This document shows, piece after piece, positions 50,421-59,740 of a stretch of DNA of 64,000 bases. Origin of the DNA: Candidatus Spongiisociaceae bacterium (GTDB lineage Bacteria > Actinomycetota > Acidimicrobiia > Spongiisociales > Spongiisociaceae). Both the position numbers and the translations under genes were made by a program. Each line of letters starts with the position of its first letter. Positions within the stretch are counted from its first letter, which is position 1. The notes beneath the pieces are model-generated. The model saw only the letters and a list, made by a program, of their open reading frames with translations. It did not search any database and was not told the DNA's origin. The stretch lies in assembly GCA_965262915.1 (NCBI GenBank), contig OZ253564.1, positions 4,050,909-4,114,908 on the forward strand. The letters are read 5' to 3'.

Positions 50421-50465
50421 ATCCCGCGATCGGACGCCGATGGGATCGGCCGCGCCGCAACTCCG

Positions 50466-53357
50466 TCAGTTGCCCGACCCTTCCACCAACCGGCGCAGCC
50501 TGCCGACCAGCCGCGCCGCCTCATCCACCTTCTCCTGGTAACCGCCCAGTTGACCGGACCGCAGAGCCTCGTCGGCCTCGTCCAGCAGCCTGTCGATCTC
50601 GACCACCATGGAGGCCACGTCGTCGTCGGGCCCGGCGGCCGCGGGTTGGTCCGGACTGTCCGGAGCGTCCACCGGAGTATCCTCGGGAGCCGCCGACTCC
50701 CCGAATATCTCGGCCAGCGCCGTGTCGAGGGACTCGCGCATGATCGGCGGGCTCTCCTCGCCGAACACAACCACGACCCGCTTGAACTCCGGCAGCAGCA
50801 CCCCCTCGCCCTTGAGGTAGATCGGCTGGATGAACAGCAGCGACTCCTCCACCGGCACCACCAGCAGGTTGCCCCGGATGATCTCGGAGCCCTGCTGACC
50901 CAGCAGCGTGAACTCCCGGGATATGACCGGATCCTGATCGATCCGGGCAGCGATCTGCTGCAGCCCGTTGATCAGTTCGCCCCTTGGCAACCGGTAATCC
51001 ACGATCTTGCCGTACGCCTCGGGGTCGCTCTTGGCCACCAGGAAGGCCGTCATGTTCTCCCGGCTGGCCGGATTGAAGCTCTGGAGGATCAGGTAGGAGA
51101 GATCGTCCTCCCCCGGTAGCTTCATCAGCTGATAGTACGGGAGGCTCAAACGGGTCTCACTCCTGAGCTGCCCCAACTGATCCACGGTGTCACCGCGTAC
51201 GAACCCACGGTCGGAGGTGGATGGATCCCCCGGTATGTCCCATTTGTCCTCGTCCTGGAAGAAGTCCTCGGCCTTGCGCTGGTGGTAGGTCGCGTACATG
51301 TCCGACTGGACGCGGAACATGTCTTCGGGATAACGGATGTGGTGCCGCAACTCGTCGCTCATCTCGGATGCATCGACGAACACTCCGGGAAACACATTCC
51401 GGTAGGCCTGCGTGAGCGGGTCGGTATTCTCCAGCACGTAGAGCGTCATGGTGCCGTCCTCGGCATCCACCACCGCCTTCACCGAGTTGCGGATGTAGTT
51501 GAAGTTGCGCGGCAGCGCCGATCGGAGGCCGAGCCGGGCGTCGATCACAGGCTCGGAGTAGGGATACCGGTCGGTGGTGGAATACAGGTCCACGATCCAC
51601 ACGAGGCGCCCACCGATCAAGGCCATGTAGGGGTCGTCGTCGGCGTTGAGGAACGGCGCCACCTGCCTGAGCCGGTCCACGACGTTACGGACCATGAGGA
51701 TCCTGGACTCCGGCGTGATCTCGGGCGAGATCAACGTGTTGAGGTCCCCGAACCGCAGGGCCATCGCAGCCCGGACGCCCGCGTTCGAGAGCTGCACGCC
51801 TCCCCGGCCGCTGTAGGAGTTGCGGACCACCGTGTCGTCCTCGCCCGACGGGAAGTCGACTTCCTGCTGCTTGGTCCTGACTATCACGTAGCTACCCGTC
51901 ACGGCTGATTCGCCGAAGTAGATACGCGGCTGCTTGGTCTCCAGCTCGGGCACGCCGGATTTCGGAGGAACATCCCTGACCAGGAAGGCCGGCTCGCCAG
52001 TGGTGGGATTGACATCGTTTGCCCTGGAGATGACCTCGCCGAACCCGTGGGTGTACACGAGCTTCTCGTTGACCCACCCTTCGGCGGGCAGATCGTCCGA
52101 GTCCAGTTCGCGGGCCGCCATCATCACTTGGGTCAGAGCACCCTCGATCACGTAACGGTCCGTGTCCACGTTCGAGATCTGGTAGTAGGGCCTGATCGCC
52201 TGGAGCTGGGAATAGGCCGGCGCCAGGACCCCGGGATCCCACAGGCGCACGTTGCTGATGGTCGCCTGGTTGCCGGCGATATCCTCGGCGGTCAGGTCGG
52301 GTGAGGCCGCGAAGTCGCGGATCTCCACCCGCCCCTCTCCCATCCCGTAGGCATCGAGGGTGAACCCGATGTGGTGATCGATGTACGGCCGCTCCAGGTT
52401 GAACTGGTTGGGCTGCACACGGAAGCGCTCGATGGCGGCGGGGATGATGCCCCCTACCACCACGGAGACCACCAGCCAGAGCCCGGCGGCCACCGCGGGC
52501 AGCGTCCAGCCCTTCCGCCATATGTTCCACAGCAGCAGCGCGGCTCCAAGCAGGGAGATCCCGCTGAGCAGGGCGAGTGCCGGACGGTGCACCGTCACAT
52601 CCGTGTACGAGGCGCCGAAGATCGCCCCCCTCGTCGAGTACAGCAACTCGTAGGTGTCCAGGCGGTAGGCGATGGCTTTGAGGATCGCGAACGCGGCCAG
52701 CAGCACCGACAGGTGGGACTTGACGCCGGATCCGACCTCCGGCATGCGGTTCTGATGCCAACGTATCCCCCCGTACAGGTAGTGGAGGGCGACCGAGACG
52801 AGAATCGTCAGGATCACGAGTTGGAACAGCCATCCGATGATGTCGCGGTAGACGGGCATGCGGAACACGTAGAAGGCCACGTCCCGCCCGAAGATCGGGT
52901 CGGTCTGACCGAACTCCACCTCGTTGAGGAAGAGCAGCACATCGCGCCACCAACCGGCGGCGCTCGTTCCGACGAGGAGGCCGAGCAGGCCGGCCACTCC
53001 CACGTGGAGCCAGCGCCGGCGCGTCGACGCCCAGTCCCGGAACCGCTCTACCAGCTCGTCGCCCGGACGGGAAAGGAATAAGCCGCCGGCCGAGGTGCGG
53101 AAGGCCACCACCACGTTGATCCAGACCACCACCGCGGCCAAGGCAAATCCCGCCGCGCCCAGGAATATCTTCGACAGCAGCACCGTCTTCCAAACGGCCG
53201 TGGCTTCCACCGAGGAGAACCAGAGGTATTCGGTCCAGGCGTTGGCCACACCGCGGAACGTGAGGAGGGCCACAAGGGCGACCAGGGCCACCAAGGCCAG
53301 AAAGCGGCGCGAGCGGCGGCGTCCGGAGCCGAACGAGCCGGGTTCCATCCTGATCAT
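50466..53357 (-). CDS. UPF0182-family large membrane protein
   Basis: 963 aa, N-terminal multi-TM region plus large extracytoplasmic domain, typical actinobacterial UPF0182. Confidence 0.85.
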   Translation of the reverse strand: MIRMEPGSFGSGRRRSRRFLALVALVALVALLTFRGVANAWTEYLWFSSVEATAVWKTVLLSKIFLGAAGFALAAVVVWINVVVAFRTSAGGLFLSRPGDELVERFRDWASTRRRWLHVGVAGLLGLLVGTSAAGWWRDVLLFLNEVEFGQTDPIFGRDVAFYVFRMPVYRDIIGWLFQLVILTILVSVALHYLYGGIRWHQNRMPEVGSGVKSHLSVLLAAFAILKAIAYRLDTYELLYSTRGAIFGASYTDVTVHRPALALLSGISLLGAALLLWNIWRKGWTLPAVAAGLWLVVSVVVGGIIPAAIERFRVQPNQFNLERPYIDHHIGFTLDAYGMGEGRVEIRDFAASPDLTAEDIAGNQATISNVRLWDPGVLAPAYSQLQAIRPYYQISNVDTDRYVIEGALTQVMMAARELDSDDLPAEGWVNEKLVYTHGFGEVISRANDVNPTTGEPAFLVRDVPPKSGVPELETKQPRIYFGESAVTGSYVIVRTKQQEVDFPSGEDDTVVRNSYSGRGGVQLSNAGVRAAMALRFGDLNTLISPEITPESRILMVRNVVDRLRQVAPFLNADDDPYMALIGGRLVWIVDLYSTTDRYPYSEPVIDARLGLRSALPRNFNYIRNSVKAVVDAEDGTMTLYVLENTDPLTQAYRNVFPGVFVDASEMSDELRHHIRYPEDMFRVQSDMYATYHQRKAEDFFQDEDKWDIPGDPSTSDRGFVRGDTVDQLGQLRSETRLSLPYYQLMKLPGEDDLSYLILQSFNPASRENMTAFLVAKSDPEAYGKIVDYRLPRGELINGLQQIAARIDQDPVISREFTLLGQQGSEIIRGNLLVVPVEESLLFIQPIYLKGEGVLLPEFKRVVVVFGEESPPIMRESLDTALAEIFGESAAPEDTPVDAPDSPDQPAAAGPDDDVASMVVEIDRLLDEADEALRSGQLGGYQEKVDEAARLVGRLRRLVEGSGN

Positions 53358-53514
53358 GTCGTATCAGGCGTTGGGATGGGCCTCATCGAACAGGCCGAGG
53401 GGATAGTCATTGTTCAGCACGCTCCTAGGGGTGGATAGGTCAGACACAGAGAATAGTGCGGCCCCGGCGACAGGCACGACAGGACCAGAACACGCGAGGC
53501 GGAGAAGTAGGTCG

Positions 53515-55098
53515 TCAAGCCGGAGCGATGGTACACCGGCACTCGACATGCGCCGGAACCGTCGGCACTGCGTCCACAACCTGCCCGCTGAAGGCGGCGC
53601 ATTCATCGCAACCCTCGTTGACCTCGATCCGGAACCCGTCGACTCCGGCCTCGACCAAACCCTTGACGAGCCCGCTGTGATAGGCGCGTCCGGCAAGGAA
53701 TCGTAGCCGTCGCTCAGCTTCGTCCGTACGCCACGCCCGGTACACACGGGAGAAGGAATTCGCCACTTCCTGGCTGCTGAGCTCAGCTCGGCGCGCGTTC
53801 TCGACCGTCGCCGCCACGTCGTCGAAGAGGGCGGACACGAAGGGCGCGCTTCCATTGGTGGGGGGTTCTCCCCGCAGCACTCCCAGCCGGGTGTCTGTCA
53901 TCTCGGCCGCCGCGGTATGTCCCCGTTCGAAGGCTTCCCGTTCCATGACCGAGAGCACGTGCACCAGGTAGGACGCCAACGAGGACCTCTCCGGCCGCCA
54001 CTCCTCGGGATCCTCCTTGAGCGCTTCGACCTGCTCCCTCTGGACATCGATGAGCTGGCGCTTGACAGCCCGCAAGGCTCGGTTGGTGACGGGCAGGAGC
54101 ATCCGGTCGTATCGCTGCAGCGGCGACAGCTTCTTCGCGGAAGCCCCCGCCGGGGCCTTGGCGGTCGTAGCCTCCGCCGGGGCCTTGGCGGTCGTTGCCT
54201 CCTTCATCCGGAGTTGCAGGAACAGCGCGGCCAACTCGTCGGTCGTCCTGCTCCCCGGCACGCCGCCCCGGATCCCCGCCATGGCCGCTTCACGATCCGC
54301 AGAAGTGGTACGTGATGCACCCGCCGGGGTGTGAACCAGCCGCACATGTGCGGGCTCAGCACTCTCACCAGGCTGTTCCGGCTCCTCCGCACCCGCGGCG
54401 GCGCCCTCTTCGCGCAGGCGTGCTACTTCGTCGGCGAGTTCGAGGGCGTCAACCTCCAGGCGCGCCTTCGTGGTCGGTATCCGCACCAGCCGCACGCTGT
54501 CGGTACCGTCGGCCCACCCCACGGGTCGTGCCCTCGCGACCATGACAGTATCTTCGGGGAGCGCTACCCCATCTTCGGGGAGCACTCCCCCGGTCCTGAG
54601 CAGATCAAGGTCGGCATTCGATTCGGCTCCGTCGTCACCGTGATGGATGACCCGCACCGTAGAGGTCTGGGCACCTTCGAGTTGTGCCGACGGTCCCTCC
54701 AGCTTCGACCGGAAGATCTCCATCTCTTCGAGCAACTCCCTGTGCCGTACCTCAAGGGCGCTGACCTGCTCCCGTGTCTCCTCCGCCCGTGCGTTTGCCG
54801 CCCGGATGATCTCCTGGCCGTTGGCACGCGCCAGACCCAGCAGTCTTTCGCTCTCGACGGTCGCCATCTGGATAGCGTTCTCGCTGTCACGCCGGGCCGC
54901 CGCCAGCTTGCGGTGTGCCTTGCGCTCGCCATTCCCGATGATCTCGAGGGCAGCATGTTCCGCCGCGGCACGCATCCGAACACCCTCGGCCTTCATCGAG
55001 TCCAATACCTCCGTCGAGGTTTCCCACGCCGCCTTCCGGAGCGCGAATGCCTGTGACTCGGCCGACGCCAGTAGATTCCGTGCCCGGTCCGTCGCCAC
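53515..55098 (-). CDS. Coiled-coil DivIVA-like protein, likely C-terminal part of a gene split by IS insertion
   Basis: GTG start abutting IS left inverted repeat; upstream frame open to the IS boundary; N-terminal coiled coil; C-terminal Cys/His cluster CDECAAF...HVECRC. Confidence 0.55.
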   Translation of the reverse strand: MATDRARNLLASAESQAFALRKAAWETSTEVLDSMKAEGVRMRAAAEHAALEIIGNGERKAHRKLAAARRDSENAIQMATVESERLLGLARANGQEIIRAANARAEETREQVSALEVRHRELLEEMEIFRSKLEGPSAQLEGAQTSTVRVIHHGDDGAESNADLDLLRTGGVLPEDGVALPEDTVMVARARPVGWADGTDSVRLVRIPTTKARLEVDALELADEVARLREEGAAAGAEEPEQPGESAEPAHVRLVHTPAGASRTTSADREAAMAGIRGGVPGSRTTDELAALFLQLRMKEATTAKAPAEATTAKAPAGASAKKLSPLQRYDRMLLPVTNRALRAVKRQLIDVQREQVEALKEDPEEWRPERSSLASYLVHVLSVMEREAFERGHTAAAEMTDTRLGVLRGEPPTNGSAPFVSALFDDVAATVENARRAELSSQEVANSFSRVYRAWRTDEAERRLRFLAGRAYHSGLVKGLVEAGVDGFRIEVNEGCDECAAFSGQVVDAVPTVPAHVECRCTIAPA

Positions 55099-55140
55099 CG
55101 TCAGACCATCCGACGCGTCGTGCTCAGCCTGAATCCACCG

Positions 55141-55340
55141 ACGGCCTCCCCGGGGGGTGGTCCGGGGTGCGGTTGGTGGGAGGTTGAGGGGTCGGGGTTG
55201 GTTGGTTTTGGGGGGGTTCTAGGGGCGTGGTGGGTATGGTTTAGTGGCTAGATGGTGTTGAAAGCTGGTTGGGGTTGTTTCAGGCGTGTATGGCTGGGGT
55301 TTAGGTGGTTGGTTATGGTTGTGGGGGGTGTGTGAGGCCG
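55141..55340 (+). repeat. 200-bp G/T-only low-complexity tract with many GGGG runs (C/A-rich on transposase strand), inside the IS between transposase stop and left IR
   Basis: Direct reading: almost no C or A on plus strand over 200 bp in a 68% GC genome. Confidence 0.85.
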
Positions 55341-55342
55341 GG

Positions 55343-56851
55343 TTAGCAGAGCTGTGGCAGCGTCCGGAGGTTAGTGAGGGTGGTTAGGTAGGTGCCGGCC
55401 CAGGGCCATCGGGCGGGTAGACGCAGCAGGCGGCGTCCGCCGTGGTTGACGACCCGTCCAGGGACCCCGAACAGTCGGGTACGGATGGTACGTCCACAGA
55501 CCAGCCGCCCTCTTGGGCGGGTTCCGCCCAAGAGGGCTATATGGCGGTAGAGGTTATGCGCCAGGGCGGCGCAGATCAGCCAGGCCGCGTTAGCTGCGAA
55601 GACGCCGGAAGGTAGGTGGGCGAGTCCCCCTGAGTCTTTGAGGTCGCGGATGGCGAGTTCGCATGTGGCGTGGCGGCGGTGGTACCGGTCGGCTTCGACC
55701 GCGGGCACCTGGCTGTGCGCCTCCCCAGGGTTGTCACCGATCTCTACCGCCGACAGTTCGGCCACTTCGGTGTCTTGTTCGCCTCGGCGGGGTTGGTGAC
55801 CGGTGTCGTCTTGTACGGCCCGGGGTTGGTGGTGCCGGTCGGCTTCTGCCGCGGCTAGGTCCAGGTTGGTGACCAAGGTGTGGTACCGCCAGTCGGGGAA
55901 CAGCTGGGCTTGGGAACCGACCAAGCGGGTGCGGCGCACCACGAGACGGACCCGGCGCCGCTGCGACCGTTTCTTGGGGTTGGTCATCTCCAGGACGGTT
56001 TCCCCCACTTGTGCTTCGCCGCCCCGGGGATAGACGATGGGAGCCCAGGCGTCTTCGTCGATATGTGTGATCTGTGCCCTGACCTTGGCATTCACCTGGG
56101 TGGTGATCGACCATCCCACCCCGAGTTTGTCGAGGGCGGCCAACATGGCATAGGACCAGAACCCCGAATCGGCCCGCACGCTCACCGGGCCCCTGGCCCC
56201 GGCCCGTCGCACACGCCGGATCGTCTCCCCGACGAAATGGACCACACCCCGCTGCGACCCTCCTGCACGCAGACGGGCACCGACCACCTCCCCCGTATCG
56301 GCTCGGAACGCCAACAGCGGGTGATAACCCAGCACTTTGGTGTAACCGAAAGCCGCGCCTTGTTTGGTCTTGCCCGACACTTCACAGATCGTCGAGTCCA
56401 AATCAACGGTCACAGGTCCCTTACCGGGACCCGCGCCCGCCCGCCACGCCCGGCCCAGCGTCAAGGTCAACACCTTCTCCAACTGGCGTACATGACCCCA
56501 GGTGAACGAACGCAGGAAGGTTCCCACAGTGGACGGGGCCATCACCGCATGGGGCAACACCCGATCGGTGGAACCCGCCCGGAGCCGACCCACATGATCA
56601 ATATGGGAGGCGCCCACCAGCATCGCAGCTACCAACGTGCACACCTTACGACCCGGGTTCGCGCCACCCACCCGGCCCTCCAGCCGCACCGTCCGATCCA
56701 CCACATCTTCCAACCCCAAACGGTCCATCAGCGTCCCGGCCGCCAACAGCCCAGCGTCGGCCACCAACGACTCATCATCGAAAACCACCTCATAGCGGTC
56801 GATATTCTGCAATACTCCACTCACAGGAAGTGCCTCCTGACTCCGGGCCAA
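55343..56851 (-). CDS. IS1380-family DDE transposase (with apparent 51-aa internal duplication)
   Basis: Conserved C-terminal DRYHRRHATCELAIRDLK...LPSGVFAANAAWLICAALAHNLYR; 502 aa. Confidence 0.85.
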   Translation of the reverse strand: MARSQEALPVSGVLQNIDRYEVVFDDESLVADAGLLAAGTLMDRLGLEDVVDRTVRLEGRVGGANPGRKVCTLVAAMLVGASHIDHVGRLRAGSTDRVLPHAVMAPSTVGTFLRSFTWGHVRQLEKVLTLTLGRAWRAGAGPGKGPVTVDLDSTICEVSGKTKQGAAFGYTKVLGYHPLLAFRADTGEVVGARLRAGGSQRGVVHFVGETIRRVRRAGARGPVSVRADSGFWSYAMLAALDKLGVGWSITTQVNAKVRAQITHIDEDAWAPIVYPRGGEAQVGETVLEMTNPKKRSQRRRVRLVVRRTRLVGSQAQLFPDWRYHTLVTNLDLAAAEADRHHQPRAVQDDTGHQPRRGEQDTEVAELSAVEIGDNPGEAHSQVPAVEADRYHRRHATCELAIRDLKDSGGLAHLPSGVFAANAAWLICAALAHNLYRHIALLGGTRPRGRLVCGRTIRTRLFGVPGRVVNHGGRRLLRLPARWPWAGTYLTTLTNLRTLPQLC

Positions 56852-56901
56852 TACACTTGTTTCGTATGGCTATTGTCCCAGATCAGAGGCACTTTCCGCG
56901 T

Positions 56902-57222
56902 CTATCCACCCCCAACCACAGGATATCTACCGGTGGATTCAGGCTCAGCTCTCTCGCGGATCTTCTTGGCCGCGATCCGGGCCGCTTCCAGCAGACGCGA
57001 GATGTCGCCCATCGCCGAGTCGATTACCACTGCCAGGTCTCGGTCGTCGAGCGTACCGTTGCCGGAGATCAGGGTGGCATGGCGGGCCTCCAAGCGCTTC
57101 ACCTGATCCTTCATACCGGAGACGAACGCTCGCACTTCCAACGGGTCGTAGCCGAAGAACGACCGGCTGAAAGACAATTCATCGAGCCGTTCGGGCAATA
57201 CCTGGTCCACCTGGTCCGTCAT
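56902..57222 (-). CDS. DivIVA N-terminal domain protein, probably truncated by IS insertion (last 15 codons encoded by IS end)
   Basis: DivIVA motif LSFSRSFFGYDPLEVRAFVSGMKDQVKRLE; ORF runs through IS right IR (AEPESTG) and stops 27 nt inside the IS. Confidence 0.6.
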   Translation of the reverse strand: MTDQVDQVLPERLDELSFSRSFFGYDPLEVRAFVSGMKDQVKRLEARHATLISGNGTLDDRDLAVVIDSAMGDISRLLEAARIAAKKIRERAEPESTGRYPVVGGG

Positions 57223-57390
57223 TGTGGATAACTCTACCCTAAGCGACCTGTGTTGGGGAAGGCGTGTGGATAACTCAGTGGTCAGTGGTCAGTGGCCCGA
57301 TCGAGCGTCCTGCTCAGGCCCTCGACAACCTTCTGGTCAGAGGCACCGAGAACCTCGAGCCCATCCCCGGTCGCTACGGGCCACTAGCCA

Positions 57391-58536
57391 CTACCGACTA
57401 GATATGAGTTCGAGAACGTCGACGGCCTCCTCGATGGAAGAGACCGCGTATATCTCGATGTCGTCCCTCTTGACGCTGATCGCATCCTCATAGTTCGGGT
57501 CGGGCACGAGGATGTGTCTGGCCCCGGCGTTCTGGGCGGCCACGACCTTCTGGCGGATACCGCCGATAGCACCCACGGCACCGTCCGGGGAGATAGTCCC
57601 GGTACCGGCGACCACGTTGCCTCCGATCAGATCATCCTCGGTGAGAAGATCGATGATCGTAAGCGCGTACATCACTCCGGCGGAGGGTCCTCCCATTCCG
57701 TGGGTTTCGATCTCGATATCGAACGGCAATTCCAGCCATCGGTTGTAGGTCTCGGGGACGAAACCCACCATCGGACGCCCCGGGCTCTCGGTGTGCTCGA
57801 CGAGCGTCACGTCGATCTGTATCGGCTGGTCAGACCGCAGCACGGTGAAGGGAATGGTATCCCCGATCTCGTAGGCGAGGATGGCGTCGATCCCGTCCTC
57901 GCTGGCCGATACACCTGTCTCGCCGATCTTGACGATCACGTCCCCCACCTCCAGGAGACCATCGGCAGGCGTTCCCCCGACCACCGACGCGACCAGAACC
58001 CCTTCGCCGGAGTACTCGACCGGCAAACCGAGATAGCGCAGCGCCACGGCAATGGCCGCCTGCTTGGAGTCGTCCATCATCCCGAGGTTGGCCTTGCGGT
58101 GCTCCTCCGGCGTGACCCCCTCTGAGCGAATCACGTGCCGGGGCACTACGTCCACCAGGGGATCCAGCCAACCCTGGGCCAACGCGTAGGCATTCACCTC
58201 CTGTAGCGAGACGGTCAGCATGTACAGATCACCGTTCAACTCGTATATGGGGGGACCACCGTCGAACTTCACCAGGTCTCCAACCTCTTCCACGGGGCCC
58301 GGCCAGAGCGCGTAGTAAGGAAGCGGCAGGAACCATAACACCGCAGCGAGACCCGCCATGAGGATCAGGGCCGGAACGGCCACCAGCGGCCATTTCGGAG
58401 GACCGGAACGGCGTGGGCTCTCCGCTGGAGAAGAGAGGTGCGGGGACTCTGTCGAGGAGGTTTCCATTAGGGTGATTGTCGCGGGATTCCGGACGTATGG
58501 GGCCTGCCGGAGGATACCTACCGGTGCTCCGAACAT
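57391..58536 (-). CDS. PDZ-domain plus Lon-like (S16) protease domain protein (YlbL/SdrC-like)
   Basis: TM segment, PDZ (GLLEVGDVIVKIG), C-terminal Lon proteolytic-like domain (GPSAG...AGTG...K). Confidence 0.85.
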   Translation of the reverse strand: MFGAPVGILRQAPYVRNPATITLMETSSTESPHLSSPAESPRRSGPPKWPLVAVPALILMAGLAAVLWFLPLPYYALWPGPVEEVGDLVKFDGGPPIYELNGDLYMLTVSLQEVNAYALAQGWLDPLVDVVPRHVIRSEGVTPEEHRKANLGMMDDSKQAAIAVALRYLGLPVEYSGEGVLVASVVGGTPADGLLEVGDVIVKIGETGVSASEDGIDAILAYEIGDTIPFTVLRSDQPIQIDVTLVEHTESPGRPMVGFVPETYNRWLELPFDIEIETHGMGGPSAGVMYALTIIDLLTEDDLIGGNVVAGTGTISPDGAVGAIGGIRQKVVAAQNAGARHILVPDPNYEDAISVKRDDIEIYAVSSIEEAVDVLELISSR

Positions 58537-58637
58537 ATCCCCACTCCGAACATATCCCTACACAGCCGCCGGTTGGGGGACCTGAAACCGAACCAAACCG
58601 ACCAGGGTCCAAGACCCACGACCACTAGGAGGACGAA

Positions 58638-59225
58638 TTGACCTACGCACCCCCGGTCCTATCAAGCCGAATACTGCCGCTCGAGCGAGTCGACAAGCGC
58701 ATAGCCACCGCGGCTCTCGTCGTGGGATTCTCCCTTCTGACCGCCGCGTGCGCCCAGATCAGCATACCCCTGGGGTTCACTCCCGTTCCGATCACCGGAC
58801 AGACCTTCGCGGTGTTGCTGACCGGAGCGGTTCTGGGATCCCGGGCCGGCGCCGCCAGCCAGTTCCTCTATTTGGCGCTCGGTGCCGTAGGCCTGCCCTT
58901 CTACGCCGGAGGAACGGGAGGCTGGGAGAGGGCCACAGGCGCCACGGCAGGCTACCTGGTGGGGTTCGTCGTCGCTGCGTACGTGGTCGGGTATCTGGCG
59001 GAGAACCGCCAGGACCGCCGCTTCTCCACCTCGGTCGGCGCCTTCCTCACCGGCAACCTGGTCATCTACGTACTCGGCGTGGCCTGGCTGATGTACCACC
59101 TATCGTGGGACCTCGCCACCGGAGTGGAGAAAGGCATGGCGCCGTTCATCATCGGCGACACGCTCAAGATCTTGCTGGCCGGAGGTGCCATACCAGCCGC
59201 CTGGAAACTCGTCGGAGACCGTTAG
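58638..59225 (+). CDS. bioY: Biotin transporter BioY
   Basis: IPLGFTPVPITGQTFAVLLTGAVLG signature; 195 aa. Confidence 0.9.
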   Translation: MTYAPPVLSSRILPLERVDKRIATAALVVGFSLLTAACAQISIPLGFTPVPITGQTFAVLLTGAVLGSRAGAASQFLYLALGAVGLPFYAGGTGGWERATGATAGYLVGFVVAAYVVGYLAENRQDRRFSTSVGAFLTGNLVIYVLGVAWLMYHLSWDLATGVEKGMAPFIIGDTLKILLAGGAIPAAWKLVGDR

Positions 59226-59280
59226 TTGCCAGCGGTTAGTCGATAGTCGCGATCTGCCGGTGACACCTGACACCTGACAC

Positions 59281-59727
59281 CTACGACCCGCGTGACCACT
59301 CCTCGCCGCCCGGCCAGCATTCCTTCTTCCAGATAGGGGCACGGGCCTTGAGTTCATCGATGAGGTAGCGGGCCGCTGCGAACGCCTCCGCGCGGTGGGC
59401 GCACGCCACCGCCACCGCCACCGAGGCCTCGGCAAGTGCGACCCTGCCGGTCCGGTGCTCGACTACCACCCGGTCGATGGGCCAGCGGGCGGTTGCTTCA
59501 TCGACTATCTCGTCGATCTTGGCCTCCACGTGACCCTCGTACGCCTCGTAGTCGAGATGGGTGATCCCCTGCTTGCCGGGAGAGTGGTCCCGCACCGTGC
59601 CGAGGAACAGGGCGATAGCGCCGCTGGACGGACCGGAAACCTCGTCCACCAGCCCACCGGTGTCGATGGGCAACGGGGAGACACGAATCCGGCGCCGGAG
59701 GGGTTCGCTTATCGATCCGTTGCTCAT
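59281..59727 (-). CDS. moaE: Molybdopterin synthase catalytic subunit MoaE
   Basis: GAIALFLGTVRD...YEAYEGHV...VEHRTGRVALAEASVAVAVACAHRAEAFAAARYLIDELKARAPIWKKE; N-terminal part of track ORF discarded as wrong-strand overlap. Confidence 0.85.
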   Translation of the reverse strand: MSNGSISEPLRRRIRVSPLPIDTGGLVDEVSGPSSGAIALFLGTVRDHSPGKQGITHLDYEAYEGHVEAKIDEIVDEATARWPIDRVVVEHRTGRVALAEASVAVAVACAHRAEAFAAARYLIDELKARAPIWKKECWPGGEEWSRGS

Positions 59728-59740
59728 AGGATTGCAGTGT

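Larger units (their letters stand above)
55122..56949 (-). mobile_element. IS1380-family insertion sequence, about 1.83 kb, 19-bp terminal inverted repeats
   Basis: IRs GCTCAGCCTGAATCCACCG (55122-55140) and CGGTGGATTCAGGCTCAGC (56931-56949), 18/19 match; single DDE transposase ORF; no clean target-site duplication. Confidence 0.75.
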
